64,000 bases of DNA from Clostridia bacterium (GTDB lineage Bacteria; Bacillota; Clostridia; Christensenellales; Aristaeellaceae), in the NCBI GenBank assembly GCA_017410455.1, contig JAFQQT010000027.1, forward strand, positions 15,028-79,027, in the 5' to 3' direction. Every line of letters starts with the position of its first letter. Within the stretch, counting starts at the first letter, position 1. Below, piece by piece: positions 55,343-64,000 of this stretch. The position numbers and the translations under genes are program-made. The notes below the pieces were generated by a model. The model was not told the DNA's origin, searched no databases, and worked only from the letters and a program-made list of their open reading frames with translations.

Positions 55343-56781
55343 TTCTTCGTGATCTTCATCACCAGGCCGGAGAGGGCGATGACGCCGATCAGGTTGGGGA
55401 TCATCATCAGGCCGTTGAAGGTGTCGGAGATGTCCCAGGCCAGGGAGGAGGTCAGCAGCGCACCCAGCAGCGCCATGACCAGGTGGATGACCTTGTAGAC
55501 CTTGTTGGACTTCACCCCGAAGAGGTATTCCCAGGCCTTGGTACCGTAGTGGTTCCAGCCCAGAACGGTGGTGAAGGCGAAGAGCAGGATGGCGACGGCG
55601 ATGAACTTGGCGCCGATATCACCCCAGGAGAAGACGGAGTTGAAGGCGCTCGCCACCAGGGTCGCGTCGGTCACGCCCTCGGCCAGCACGCCGGTCTCCA
55701 GGTTGTACAGGCCGCTGGTCAGCACCACCAGGGCCGTCATCGTGCAGACGATCATCGTGTCCGCGAAGACCTCAAAGATGCCCCACATGCCCTGCTTGAC
55801 GGGCTCCTTGACGTTGGAGTTGGAATGCACCATGACGGAGGAGCCCAGGCCGGCCTCGTTGGAGAAGACGCCGCGCTTGAAGCCCTGCACCATCACCGTG
55901 CGGATGGCCGCGCCCGTCACGCCGCCGGCAGCGGCAATGGGATTGAAGGCGGTGACGAAAATGGCCTTGAAAGCAGGCAGGATGCTCTGCCAGTTCACCG
56001 CGATGATGACCAGGCTGCCCGCCATGAACAGCACCACCATGAAGGGCACGATCTTCTCTGCAAAGGCCGCCACGCGCTTGAGGCCGCCCAGGGTGATGGC
56101 CGCCGCCAGCGCCACCAGCACCAGGCCGATGAGGAGGGCGTACAGGCTCACGCCGTCATAGAGCTCCACGCCGCTGAGGGCGGGGATATCGAAGGCGGAC
56201 TCGATGTTCACGACGATCTTGTTGACCTGGCCCATGCCGCCGATGCCAAAGGCCGCCAGCAGCGTCACGATGCAGAAGATGACCGCCAGGGCCTTGCCGA
56301 TGGCCTTGCAGCCCTTCATGCCGCCCAGGCCGTCCTGCAGGTAGTACATCGCGCCGCCGGACCATTCGCCGTTCTCGTTGCGGCGGCGGAAGAAGATGCC
56401 CAGCACGTTCTCGGAGTAGTTGGTCATCATGCCCAGGAAGGCCGCCACCCACATCCAGAACACCGCGCCGGGGCCGCCGATTGCGATGGCCGCCGCCACG
56501 CCGGCGATGTTGCCCACGCCGATGGTGGCCGCCAGGGCCGTACACAGGGCCTGGAAGGGAGAGATGGCCTTGCCGGTCTGGTCATGCTTGATGACGTCCT
56601 TGCTGAACAGGCTGCCGATGGTGTTCTTCCACCACAGGCCAATGTGGGTCACCTGGAACACCTTGGTGATGATGGTGGTCAGCAGGCCCGTGGCCAGCAG
56701 GAGCACCAGGCCCAGGGTCGTCCAGATGAAGGTGTTGACGACGTCATTGCCCTTTGCCAGGGCGTCGAGGAATTCAGCCAT
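55273..56781 (-). CDS. alanine/glycine:cation symporter (AGCS family)
   Basis: TIGVGNIAGVA motif and multiple TM segments. Confidence 0.9.
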   Translation of the reverse strand: MAEFLDALAKGNDVVNTFIWTTLGLVLLLATGLLTTIITKVFQVTHIGLWWKNTIGSLFSKDVIKHDQTGKAISPFQALCTALAATIGVGNIAGVAAAIAIGGPGAVFWMWVAAFLGMMTNYSENVLGIFFRRRNENGEWSGGAMYYLQDGLGGMKGCKAIGKALAVIFCIVTLLAAFGIGGMGQVNKIVVNIESAFDIPALSGVELYDGVSLYALLIGLVLVALAAAITLGGLKRVAAFAEKIVPFMVVLFMAGSLVIIAVNWQSILPAFKAIFVTAFNPIAAAGGVTGAAIRTVMVQGFKRGVFSNEAGLGSSVMVHSNSNVKEPVKQGMWGIFEVFADTMIVCTMTALVVLTSGLYNLETGVLAEGVTDATLVASAFNSVFSWGDIGAKFIAVAILLFAFTTVLGWNHYGTKAWEYLFGVKSNKVYKVIHLVMALLGALLTSSLAWDISDTFNGLMMIPNLIGVIALSGLVMKITKNYLDRQKGKDVKPMLSAFDEENE

Positions 56782-56877
56782 GTGTGTTGTCCCCTTTCAA
56801 ACGAAAAATGGCCGCCCGTTTTTCAACAGACAGCTCCGGGGAACGACGCAGACACTGATACCCGATGGTACATATCG

Positions 56878-56971
56878 CCTGCTCCGTCCTTTTGCCTGAG
56901 AGATTCCACCGATGCAGCCGCACCGGCTTTGCACCTTCGGCACTCACCTGTGTGAGGTTCTCCGGAGTTCC
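56878..56971 (-). promoter_or_regulatory. glycine riboswitch, single aptamer
   Basis: Minus-sense CCGGAGAACC...GTGCCGAAGGTGCAAAGCC...GAATCTCTCAGGCAAAAGGACGGAG. Confidence 0.8.
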
Positions 56972-57023
56972 CTCCCCCCGCGGGCTGTGTTGGTTCCTGC
57001 GGATATCGTCGGGAATGGTCATT

Positions 57024-57052
57024 ATTTTACCGTATGCAACCAATACTGTCAA
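57024..57052 (-). promoter_or_regulatory. promoter of the riboswitch-symporter unit
   Basis: Minus-sense TTGACA, 17-nt spacer, TAAAAT. Confidence 0.6.
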
Positions 57053-57113
57053 GGTAATGCAAACGTTATCATTGCACTTCCTGTGTATTTCCGGCAATGC
57101 GGGACATGCAAAT

Positions 57114-57142
57114 CCCCGGCCCTCCGCGCAGGAGGACCGGGG
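57114..57142 (-). terminator. hairpin terminator after argG
   Basis: Minus-sense CCCCGGTCCTCC-TGCGC-GGAGGGCCGGGG followed by ATTT (weak U-tract). Confidence 0.5.
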
Positions 57143-57170
57143 ATGAAATGCACCTCGGGGAAATGGCAGC

Positions 57171-58379
57171 TTACTTGCTGCGCTGATCAACGATGGCCTT
57201 GACCTTCAGCGGCAGGCCCAGGAGGTTGATGAAGCCCTCGCTGTCGCGGTGGCTGTACATTTCGCCCGAATCGCCGAAGGTGGCGATCTCCTCCAGGTAC
57301 AGGCTGCAGGGGGACTTGACGCCCGCGTTGATGCAGTTGCCCTTGTAGAGCTTGATGCGCACGGTGCCGGTGACGTTCTGCTGGGTGGAATCCACGAAGG
57401 CGGACAGGGCCTCGCGCAGGGGGGTGTACCACATGCCGTCGTAGACCAGCTCGGCGAACTTGGAGGCGATCAGCTCCTTATAGTGGCTGGTGGCGCGATC
57501 CAGGGTGATGGACTCCAGGATGGAGTGGGCGGTGTAGAGCAGGGTGCCGCCGGGGGTCTCATACACGCCGCGGCTCTTCATGCCCACCAGGCGGTTCTCC
57601 ACCAGGTCAGCGCAGCCCACGCCGTTGCGGCCGGCGATCTCGTTGGCGCGGGTCAGCAGGTCGATGGCCTCCAGCTTCTCGCCGTTGATGGCGACCGGCA
57701 CGCCCTGCTCGAAGTCGATGGTGACATACTCGGGGGTATCGGGCGCCATTTCGGGGGTGACCATGGTCAGCAGCAGGTCCTTCGGCGGCTCATTCCAGGG
57801 ATCTTCCAGGTCCGCGCCCTCGTGGCTGATGTGCCAGATGTTGCGGTCCATGGAGTAGGGACGATCCTTCTTCACAGGCACGGGGATATTGCGCGCCTCG
57901 GCGTACTCGATCTCCTCCTCGCGGGTCTTGATGTCCCAGATGCGCCAGGGGGCGATGATCTTCATGTCGGGGTCGAAGGCCTTGATGGTCAGTTCAAAGC
58001 GGACCTGGTCATTGCCCTTGCCGGTGCAGCCATGGCAGATGGCGGTGCAGTTCTCCTCGTGGGCGATCTCCACCAGGCGCTTGGCGATCAGGGGACGGGC
58101 GAAGGAGGTACCCAGCAGGTACTTGCCCTCGTACACCGCGCCGGCCTTGAGGGTCGGCCAGATGAAGTCCTCCACGAACTCCTTGCGCAGGTCAGCGATG
58201 TAGAGCTTCTCCGCGCCGCAGCGGGCAGCCTTCTCGTGCAGGGGCTCCAGCTCTTCGCCCTGGCCCACGTCACCGGCCACGCACACCACGTCACAGTCGT
58301 AGTTCTCCTTCAGCCACGGCACGATAATGGACGTATCCAGACCACCGGAGTACGCCAGCAGAACACGCATCTTCGCCAT
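57171..58379 (-). CDS. argG: argininosuccinate synthase
   Basis: Start at [17 protein letters not shown] (AAGGAG RBS). A TTG 9 nt upstream is an alternative start. Confidence 0.95.
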   Translation of the reverse strand: MAKMRVLLAYSGGLDTSIIVPWLKENYDCDVVCVAGDVGQGEELEPLHEKAARCGAEKLYIADLRKEFVEDFIWPTLKAGAVYEGKYLLGTSFARPLIAKRLVEIAHEENCTAICHGCTGKGNDQVRFELTIKAFDPDMKIIAPWRIWDIKTREEEIEYAEARNIPVPVKKDRPYSMDRNIWHISHEGADLEDPWNEPPKDLLLTMVTPEMAPDTPEYVTIDFEQGVPVAINGEKLEAIDLLTRANEIAGRNGVGCADLVENRLVGMKSRGVYETPGGTLLYTAHSILESITLDRATSHYKELIASKFAELVYDGMWYTPLREALSAFVDSTQQNVTGTVRIKLYKGNCINAGVKSPCSLYLEEIATFGDSGEMYSHRDSEGFINLLGLPLKVKAIVDQRSK

Positions 58380-58431
58380 ATCAGTCAATCTCCTTTGGAT
58401 GTTGTGATTTCCTTAACAGGGAACAACGGAG

Positions 58432-58460
58432 ATTATACGCCCGATAGCATAAAAATGCAA
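58432..58460 (-). promoter_or_regulatory. argG promoter with an overlapping ARG-box-like palindrome
   Basis: Minus-sense TTGCAT, 17-nt spacer, TATAAT. TGCATTTTTATGCT resembles an ArgR/AhrC half-site pair. Confidence 0.4.
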
Positions 58461-58508
58461 GGGGGATTCCGATTAAAGACAGCATTAGTACAATCGGCAG
58501 AGCCCGCG

Positions 58509-59885
58509 TCACTTCGTGTCGATCACGTACACCAGGATCTCCGGGGTAACGCCCTCGGGAATGCCGTTGATCTCCACATCCCGGTACACATACCACGAGC
58601 CGGTCACAGTGGGGCCGGCCAGCTTGTGGCTCACCGTGCCGCAGGAGATCATGCTCATGTCCTCCGGGTTGCGGGCGTACCAGAGCAGGCCCGCAACAGG
58701 GGCCTCGAGGAAATTCAGCGTCTCCCCGCACAGCTCCTCGGGAATCGTCACATCCAGATACACCTTCCCGTCCTCCACGCGGACGGCATAGTGCTCCTGC
58801 GGCAGCACCACCAGGCTGTAGGGGGATTCCTCGTGGATGGCCTTGCCGGAGACCGTGACCGTTTCAGGCACGAAGTCCTCCGGCACGCCGCCGAAGGTGT
58901 ACTGCATGGCCGTGAGGCCGAAGGCTTCCAGCTCCCACAGCGCGCAGTCAAACGCGACGGAGGAATAGTACCCCTTCTCCCCTGCTGCGTCGAAAATGTT
59001 CACGTCGTGGCCGTTGAAGTCGATGGGTTCGCAGGAGCCATTCTGCAGCAGGCAGTACGCGCGCCACACGCCGGGCTCCAGGTGCTCGAGGGTAGATGCC
59101 AGCACCACCAGGGGGCTCTTGGTGCGGTAGGTCGCCACGGCGCCGCTGGCGGGGATGTCGTCCTTCAGCAGGCCCGTCAGGGGTCTGTCGGCGAAGAAGT
59201 AGTAGTTCGACCTCGGGTTGAACTCGATGCCATAATACGCGATCACATCCTCCGTCAGACCGGTGAGCTCGCACAGCTTCGCCATCGCCTGCGAACCGGG
59301 AACCTCGCAGTCCGCATCCTCCCAGGAGAAGCTCTCAAAGCCCAGGTACGCATCATCCACATCATAGACGTGCAGCACCATCATGTAGCCCGCGTGGCGC
59401 ATCTCCGTCCTGGGCTCCTCCAGCCAGCAGGTGGCCGCGGGGCCGCCGCCGGCATGCATGAGGATGTAGCCCGCGTCGATCTCCATGGGCTCAGCAGCGG
59501 GCTCATCGAAGCTCTCGCCGGGGATGCCGAGGATCTGGTACGACGCGGCCACCGCGCCCTCCGGGAGCGTGTAGACCATCGTCACCGGGAAGAACTGATC
59601 CCCGGCGGGCACGGGGTTGATCGGCGCGATCATCTCCGTGGTCAGCGGCACGATCTCGTTGCCCTCCGCGTCCAGCAGCACGACCTTCACTTCATCCAGG
59701 CAGTACTGGATGCCGCCCGCCTTCATCAGGCGCAGATGCAGCATGCACACACCGTCCTCCGCCATCACCAGGCGGCGCTCATATAGATAGAATCCGTAGG
59801 GGTCTTCGCTCGCCTCTTCCTCCGCGAGGCAGACCAGGGGCAGCAGCAGGCTCAACGCCAGCAGCAGACTCAGCAGTTTCTTCAT
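58509..59885 (-). CDS. secreted hypothetical protein
   Basis: Signal peptide MKKLLSLLLALSLLLPLVCLA. AAAGGAG RBS. No recognised domain. Confidence 0.6.
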   Translation of the reverse strand: MKKLLSLLLALSLLLPLVCLAEEEASEDPYGFYLYERRLVMAEDGVCMLHLRLMKAGGIQYCLDEVKVVLLDAEGNEIVPLTTEMIAPINPVPAGDQFFPVTMVYTLPEGAVAASYQILGIPGESFDEPAAEPMEIDAGYILMHAGGGPAATCWLEEPRTEMRHAGYMMVLHVYDVDDAYLGFESFSWEDADCEVPGSQAMAKLCELTGLTEDVIAYYGIEFNPRSNYYFFADRPLTGLLKDDIPASGAVATYRTKSPLVVLASTLEHLEPGVWRAYCLLQNGSCEPIDFNGHDVNIFDAAGEKGYYSSVAFDCALWELEAFGLTAMQYTFGGVPEDFVPETVTVSGKAIHEESPYSLVVLPQEHYAVRVEDGKVYLDVTIPEELCGETLNFLEAPVAGLLWYARNPEDMSMISCGTVSHKLAGPTVTGSWYVYRDVEINGIPEGVTPEILVYVIDTK

Positions 59886-60072
59886 TATTCAACGCTCCTT
59901 TGCAGATTGTCTATGCCCATTGTAGCCCAGGCTTCCTCCTGTGTCAACGCAGGAGAGGGCACGATTTCACCTGTTTTTCCGTCATCGGGCGGAAAAATCC
60001 GTGTTCGCGTTGACAACCTCCGCCCATCGCGGTATCATGAGAGGGTACGAACATACGAACGGGAGAATCATC

Positions 60073-60567
60073 ATGATCGTTCTTGGCATCGACCCCGGCT
60101 ACGCGCTGATGGGCTGGGGCGTGGTGGAATCCAACGGCAGCCATATGAAGCTGCTGGGCTATGGCTGCATCGAAACGAAAGCCGGAACCCCCATGCAGCA
60201 CCGCCTGCGCACCCTCCAATTAGGCGTGCGCGACCTGACCCTCATGTACCGCCCGGACGAGGTGGCCTTCGAGGAACTGTTCTTCGCGCAGAACGTCACC
60301 ACCGCCCTCATGGTCGGCGCGGCCCGCGGAGCCGCCATCATCGCCGCCGCCGAATACACCGAGAACCTCTACGAATACACCCCCATGCAGATCAAGCAGG
60401 CCATCACCGGCTACGGCAAGGCCGACAAGAAGCAGATCCAGCAGATGGTCAGAATGCTCCTGAACATGGACTCCCTCCCCAAACCCGACGACGCCGCCGA
60501 CGCCATCGCCTGCGCCATCACCCACTGCCAGGCCGGTCGGCTCAAGGAGCAGTTCCGCATGAAGTGA
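60073..60567 (+). CDS. ruvC: crossover junction endodeoxyribonuclease RuvC
   Basis: Trimmed to MIVLGIDPGYALMGWG (GGGAGA RBS). Confidence 0.9.
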   Translation: MIVLGIDPGYALMGWGVVESNGSHMKLLGYGCIETKAGTPMQHRLRTLQLGVRDLTLMYRPDEVAFEELFFAQNVTTALMVGAARGAAIIAAAEYTENLYEYTPMQIKQAITGYGKADKKQIQQMVRMLLNMDSLPKPDDAADAIACAITHCQAGRLKEQFRMK

Positions 60568-61046
60568 CCAGGGGCCTCCGGCGGGCAGGGGCGCTGCCCC
60601 TGCACCCTGCGAAGGGACTTCGTCCCTTTCGAAACCCATTCTCGCGATTTTGTTTTGGGTTCTCCTGGAGCTGGACTCGCGTGGGAGTTGGGCGGGGGTG
60701 CGCGTCGCACGTGGCACGGAGGGTGCCACGCGCGGGCACGGCTCGCAGAGGGCGAGCCGCGCTGGTGTTGCGCTTTGCCAAGGCTCCAGGGGCCATTAAC
60801 ATTCCTCGTCGCTTTCGCCTTCGGCGAACTCCCCACTGGGGAGCCGCTCCCGCGGAATGCCCCTTTGACTCCAGCAGGGGGACTTCGTCCCCCTGCACCC
60901 CCTCGCGGCTGCGCCGCGTGCCCACCCGCCCACCCCGGGGGCTATCGCCCCCGACCCCCATGGACGCTGCTCGCTTCGCTGCGCTGCTGCTTTCCCGTGC
61001 CCACACAATCAATTCCGAATTCCGCATTCCGAATTCGTATTCCGGA
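60568..61046. repeat. GC-rich hairpin train plus an AT-rich-like module between ruvC and ruvA
   Basis: Hairpins CAGGGG-CGCT-GCCCCTG, AAGGGAC-TTC-GTCCCTT, GTGGCAC-GGAGG-GTGCCAC, CGGCTCG..CGAGCCG, GGGGGAC-TTC-GTCCCCC and GGGGG-CTATC-GCCCCC. AATTCCGAATTCCGCATTCCGAATTC at 61010-61035. Confidence 0.75.
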
Positions 61047-61055
61047 GGAATACCA

Positions 61056-61661
61056 ATGTACGCATTCATCGAAGGTCAGGTCTGCGAAAAGACCAACAAC
61101 CAGCTCGTGCTGCTGGCCGGCGGCGTAGGGTATCTGCTGAGCTGCTCCATGGCGACGCTGAACGCCGCGCCGGTCACCGGCGAAACGATGCGCTGCCATA
61201 CCTGGCTGTCTGTGCGCGAGGACGCCATGGAGCTCTTCGGGTTCGCCACGAAGGAGGAGAAGCAGCTCTTCCTCATGCTCACCGGCGTCACCGGCGTGGG
61301 GCCCAAGATGGCCCTGGCGCTGCTGTCCACGCTGAGCGTGCAGGATCTGCGCCTGGCCATCATCATGGAGGACGAGAAGACCATCGCCCGTGCCCCCGGC
61401 GTTGGCAAGAAGATCGCCCAGCGCATCGCCCTGGAGCTCAAGGACAAGCTGGGGCAGTTCAGCGTGTCCTCCGGCGCAGCGGCCAGCCCGGTGGCGGCCG
61501 TCCCTGCAGCGGCGGACAACTTCGCCCAGGCCATCGCCGGCCTGACCGCCCTGGGCTACACCCCCGGTGAGGCCCGCGACGCACTCAGCAAGGTCGAGAA
61601 CAAATCCGCCCCCGTGGACGAGCTCCTGCGCCTGGCGCTGCGCTCCATGGCGGGAATGTAA
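61056..61661 (+). CDS. ruvA: Holliday junction DNA helicase RuvA
   Basis: My own start call at MYAFIEGQV, inside the spurious 584-aa track ORF. GVTGVGPKMALALL HhH. Confidence 0.95.
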   Translation: MYAFIEGQVCEKTNNQLVLLAGGVGYLLSCSMATLNAAPVTGETMRCHTWLSVREDAMELFGFATKEEKQLFLMLTGVTGVGPKMALALLSTLSVQDLRLAIIMEDEKTIARAPGVGKKIAQRIALELKDKLGQFSVSSGAAASPVAAVPAAADNFAQAIAGLTALGYTPGEARDALSKVENKSAPVDELLRLALRSMAGM

Positions 61662-61662
61662 A

Positions 61663-61693
61663 GGGAATTATGAATTAGGAATTATGAATTGGG
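61663..61693 (+). repeat. AT-rich module copy 2 nt after the ruvA stop
   Basis: GGGAATTATGAATTAGGAATTATGAATTGGG. Confidence 0.85.
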
Positions 61694-61738
61694 TTTGTGA
61701 CGCGAACGACGGATCACAGGAGGAGAACGAGTTTCATT

Positions 61739-62770
61739 ATGTTTGAAGATCGCTTCATGGATGCAGGCTATCACCCCGAGGACGCCGCTGAGCAGTCCCT
61801 CCGCCCGAAAACGCTGCGGGACTACATCGGGCAGAATGCCGTCAAGGACAGCCTGAGTATCTACATCCAGGCCGCCCTTTCCCGCCGGGACGCGCTGGAT
61901 CACATCCTGCTCTACGGCCCGCCCGGCCTGGGCAAGACCACCCTGGCCAACATCGTGGCGGCGGAAATGGGCAGCAACATCCGCATCACCTCCGGCCCGG
62001 CCATCGAGCGGCCCGGTGATCTGCTGTCCATCATCACCAACCTGAACCAGGGCGACGTGCTCTTCATCGACGAGATCCACCGACTCTCCCGCACGGCGGA
62101 GGAGGTGCTTTACAGCGCCATGGAGGATTTCGCGGTGGACATCGTCACCGGCAAGGGCCCCATGGCCAACTCCATCCACATGACCGTGCCGCGCTTCACC
62201 CTGATCGGCGCAACGACCCGCGCAGGTCAGCTTTCCGCGCCCCTGCGCGACCGCTTCGGCATCCTGTTCCGGCTGGAGATGTACTCGCCCCAGGAGCTGG
62301 CGAAGATCGTCGGGCGCAGCGCGTCGATCCTGAATGTGGAGGCTGCGCCGGAGGGCATCCTCGAGATCGCCCGCCGCAGCCGCGGCACGCCCCGCATCGC
62401 CAACCGCATGCTCAAGCGCGTGCGCGACTACGCGCAGGTGAAGGGCGGCGGCGTCATCACCCTCGACATCGCCCGGGAGGCCATTGCCATGCAGGGCGTG
62501 GACGAGCTGGGCCTGGACAAGACCGACCGCACCATGCTGACCACCATGATGGACAAGTTCGGCGGCGGCCCGGTGGGCCTGGACACCCTGGCCGCCACCA
62601 CGGGCGAGGACGCCATCACCATCGAGGACGTGTACGAGCCGTACCTGATGCAGCTGGGCTTCCTGATGCGCACGCCGCGCGGCCGCATCTGCACCCCGGC
62701 GGCCTGGCAGCACATGGGGCGGACGCAGCCGGGTGCAGCGGCGGACGGGCAGGTCAGGATGGAATTATGA
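61739..62770 (+). CDS. ruvB: Holliday junction DNA helicase RuvB
   Basis: Trimmed to MFEDRF. Walker [15 protein letters not shown] and Walker [10 protein letters not shown]. Confidence 0.95.
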   Translation: MFEDRFMDAGYHPEDAAEQSLRPKTLRDYIGQNAVKDSLSIYIQAALSRRDALDHILLYGPPGLGKTTLANIVAAEMGSNIRITSGPAIERPGDLLSIITNLNQGDVLFIDEIHRLSRTAEEVLYSAMEDFAVDIVTGKGPMANSIHMTVPRFTLIGATTRAGQLSAPLRDRFGILFRLEMYSPQELAKIVGRSASILNVEAAPEGILEIARRSRGTPRIANRMLKRVRDYAQVKGGGVITLDIAREAIAMQGVDELGLDKTDRTMLTTMMDKFGGGPVGLDTLAATTGEDAITIEDVYEPYLMQLGFLMRTPRGRICTPAAWQHMGRTQPGAAADGQVRMEL

Positions 62771-62794
62771 ATTGAGTTTGTGTACAGCTTTTTG

Positions 62795-62822
62795 TGGCGC
62801 ACCTTGCGGGGGCGCCATTTTT
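62795..62822 (+). terminator. rho-independent terminator after ruvB
   Basis: TGGCGC-ACCTTGCGGGG-GCGCCA followed by TTTTT. Confidence 0.65.
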
Positions 62823-62870
62823 GCCGCCATATTTTCGGCACTTTCGTATCGTTTTCGGACCGGATTGGCC

Positions 62871-62899
62871 TTGACGATTTGGAATTAATACCCTATAAT
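62871..62899 (+). promoter_or_regulatory. promoter of the downstream secreted-protein gene
   Basis: TTGACG, 17-nt spacer, TATAAT. Confidence 0.6.
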
Positions 62900-62968
62900 G
62901 GAAACAAGTCTTATTGCGGTGCATACGTTCCGCATTAATGCTATCGTTCTATATGAGGAGGAATTACC

Positions 62969-64000
62969 ATGAAGAAGCTCCTGTCCATGCTGCTGGCGGT
63001 CATGATGCTGGCCACCGTGGTGCTGAGCGTCGTTCCTGCGTCCGCCGAGGACGAGGCGACCACCGCCACCGCCTGGCTGCTGTATTTCGCGTCCAACCAC
63101 GAGAAGGACTCCGCCAACTTCCCCTGGTGGCCTCAGCATCAGCGCATCGATCAGCCCGCCAGCGAGACCGGCGTTGAGTACACCAACGCCACCATCACCG
63201 GCCCGGGCAACTACACCGTGGGCCTGAAGTTCAACTGGCAGAAGGCCGAAGGCGCCATCCAGTTCAACCTGATCATCAACGACGCCGAGCGGCTCTTCCC
63301 CGGCTACTACGTTGACATCACCGACATCCGCGTCAACGGCGTGTCCATCCCCATGAACGAGAACTACTACGGCACCTACCATGACGACACCAACGCCGGC
63401 ATGGTGCCGCTGTACAACAGCTACTGGGATCCCTTCTTCACCCCCGACGCGCAGGGCCCCCAGGGCTACCGCGCCTTCGACGGCACCCCCGAGGACGCCA
63501 CCCACATGGTCATCAACCCCGATGACATCGTCGCGGGCGATACCATCGAGGTGGACTTCATCTTCGCCAAGGAAGCCGGCGCGGCTCCCGAGGAGCTGGG
63601 CGAGCAGCCCAAGGCCGGCGTGGAGCTGGTCGCTCCCGCTGCGGAGGACATCCCCCCGTCTGCCACTGCCAAGATGCACTACGTCTCCGGCGGCTGGTGG
63701 CCCACCACTGACGGCACGCTGGGCGTCTCCAGCACCGTTGACATCACCGGCGAGGGCAACTACACCCTGACCGCCACCATGCTGGATCAGGGCGGCTGGA
63801 CGCCCCAGGGCAACGGCGTGAACAAGCTGATGATCATCGTTGCCGACGGCAACACCGCCGATTCCGTGATGGACGGCATGTACCTGGGCATCAGCGACAT
63901 CCGCATCAACGGCACCTCCATCAGCGTGGGCAACGTGGCTTACGGCCCCACCGGTTATGACGAGGGCAGCGGCCTTTTCGACGCGGATGACGAGTACGCC
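62969..64000 (+). CDS. secreted repeat-domain protein, N-terminal 344 aa (runs off right edge)
   Basis: My own translation: GAGGAGG RBS, then MKKLLSMLLAVMMLATVVLSVVPASA. Two homologous modules, ITGPGNYTV..ITDIRVNGVSI and ITGEGNYTL..ISDIRINGTSI. No stop before the window end. Confidence 0.6.
   Translation, partial: MKKLLSMLLAVMMLATVVLSVVPASAEDEATTATAWLLYFASNHEKDSANFPWWPQHQRIDQPASETGVEYTNATITGPGNYTVGLKFNWQKAEGAIQFNLIINDAERLFPGYYVDITDIRVNGVSIPMNENYYGTYHDDTNAGMVPLYNSYWDPFFTPDAQGPQGYRAFDGTPEDATHMVINPDDIVAGDTIEVDFIFAKEAGAAPEELGEQPKAGVELVAPAAEDIPPSATAKMHYVSGGWWPTTDGTLGVSSTVDITGEGNYTLTATMLDQGGWTPQGNGVNKLMIIVADGNTADSVMDGMYLGISDIRINGTSISVGNVAYGPTGYDEGSGLFDADDEYA

Noticed and set aside
59907-61661. 584-aa ORF spanning ruvC, the spacer and ruvA
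   Set aside because: Only the last 201 codons (from ATG 61056, with RBS) are RuvA. The upstream part is out of frame with ruvC and runs through the hairpin repeats.

Overview
High-G+C Clostridia-type chromosomal segment. The taxon is inferred from gene content: FloA/NfeD, Bacillus-type PurR, LCP, a SpoIIE-type phosphatase, [FeFe]-hydrogenases and ruvCAB. I support about 57 CDSs. Most are housekeeping genes (recD2, purR, lepB, uvrC, rnz, floA, nifS, queA, argH, argG, ruvC/A/B). The rest include a sensory [FeFe]-hydrogenase/PP2C cluster, a PEP-mutase phosphonate cluster, an ECF sigma/anti-sigma pair, and TPP and glycine riboswitches. I saw no rRNA, tRNA, CRISPR array, transposase or integrase. 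The unusual content falls into four groups. (1) A family of roughly 80-100 nt three-hairpin elements sits in frame inside four conserved enzymes (uvrC, queA, phosphonopyruvate decarboxylase, a LicC-like transferase), with compensatory stem changes between copies. (2) A dense intergenic repeat system has an AT-rich module placed at or near stop codons, GC-rich hairpin trains, a conserved ~105-nt module and a ~56-bp tandem array. (3) A low-G+C single-gene cassette is bracketed by a 177-bp duplication of the argH promoter and 5' end. (4) A Zn-ribbon/TIR/coiled-coil/membrane protein lies directly behind argH, and a Phd/Doc plus XRE islet separates argG from argH. Many long ORFs in the supplied track are antisense shadow ORFs typical of GC-rich DNA, and I do not call them.
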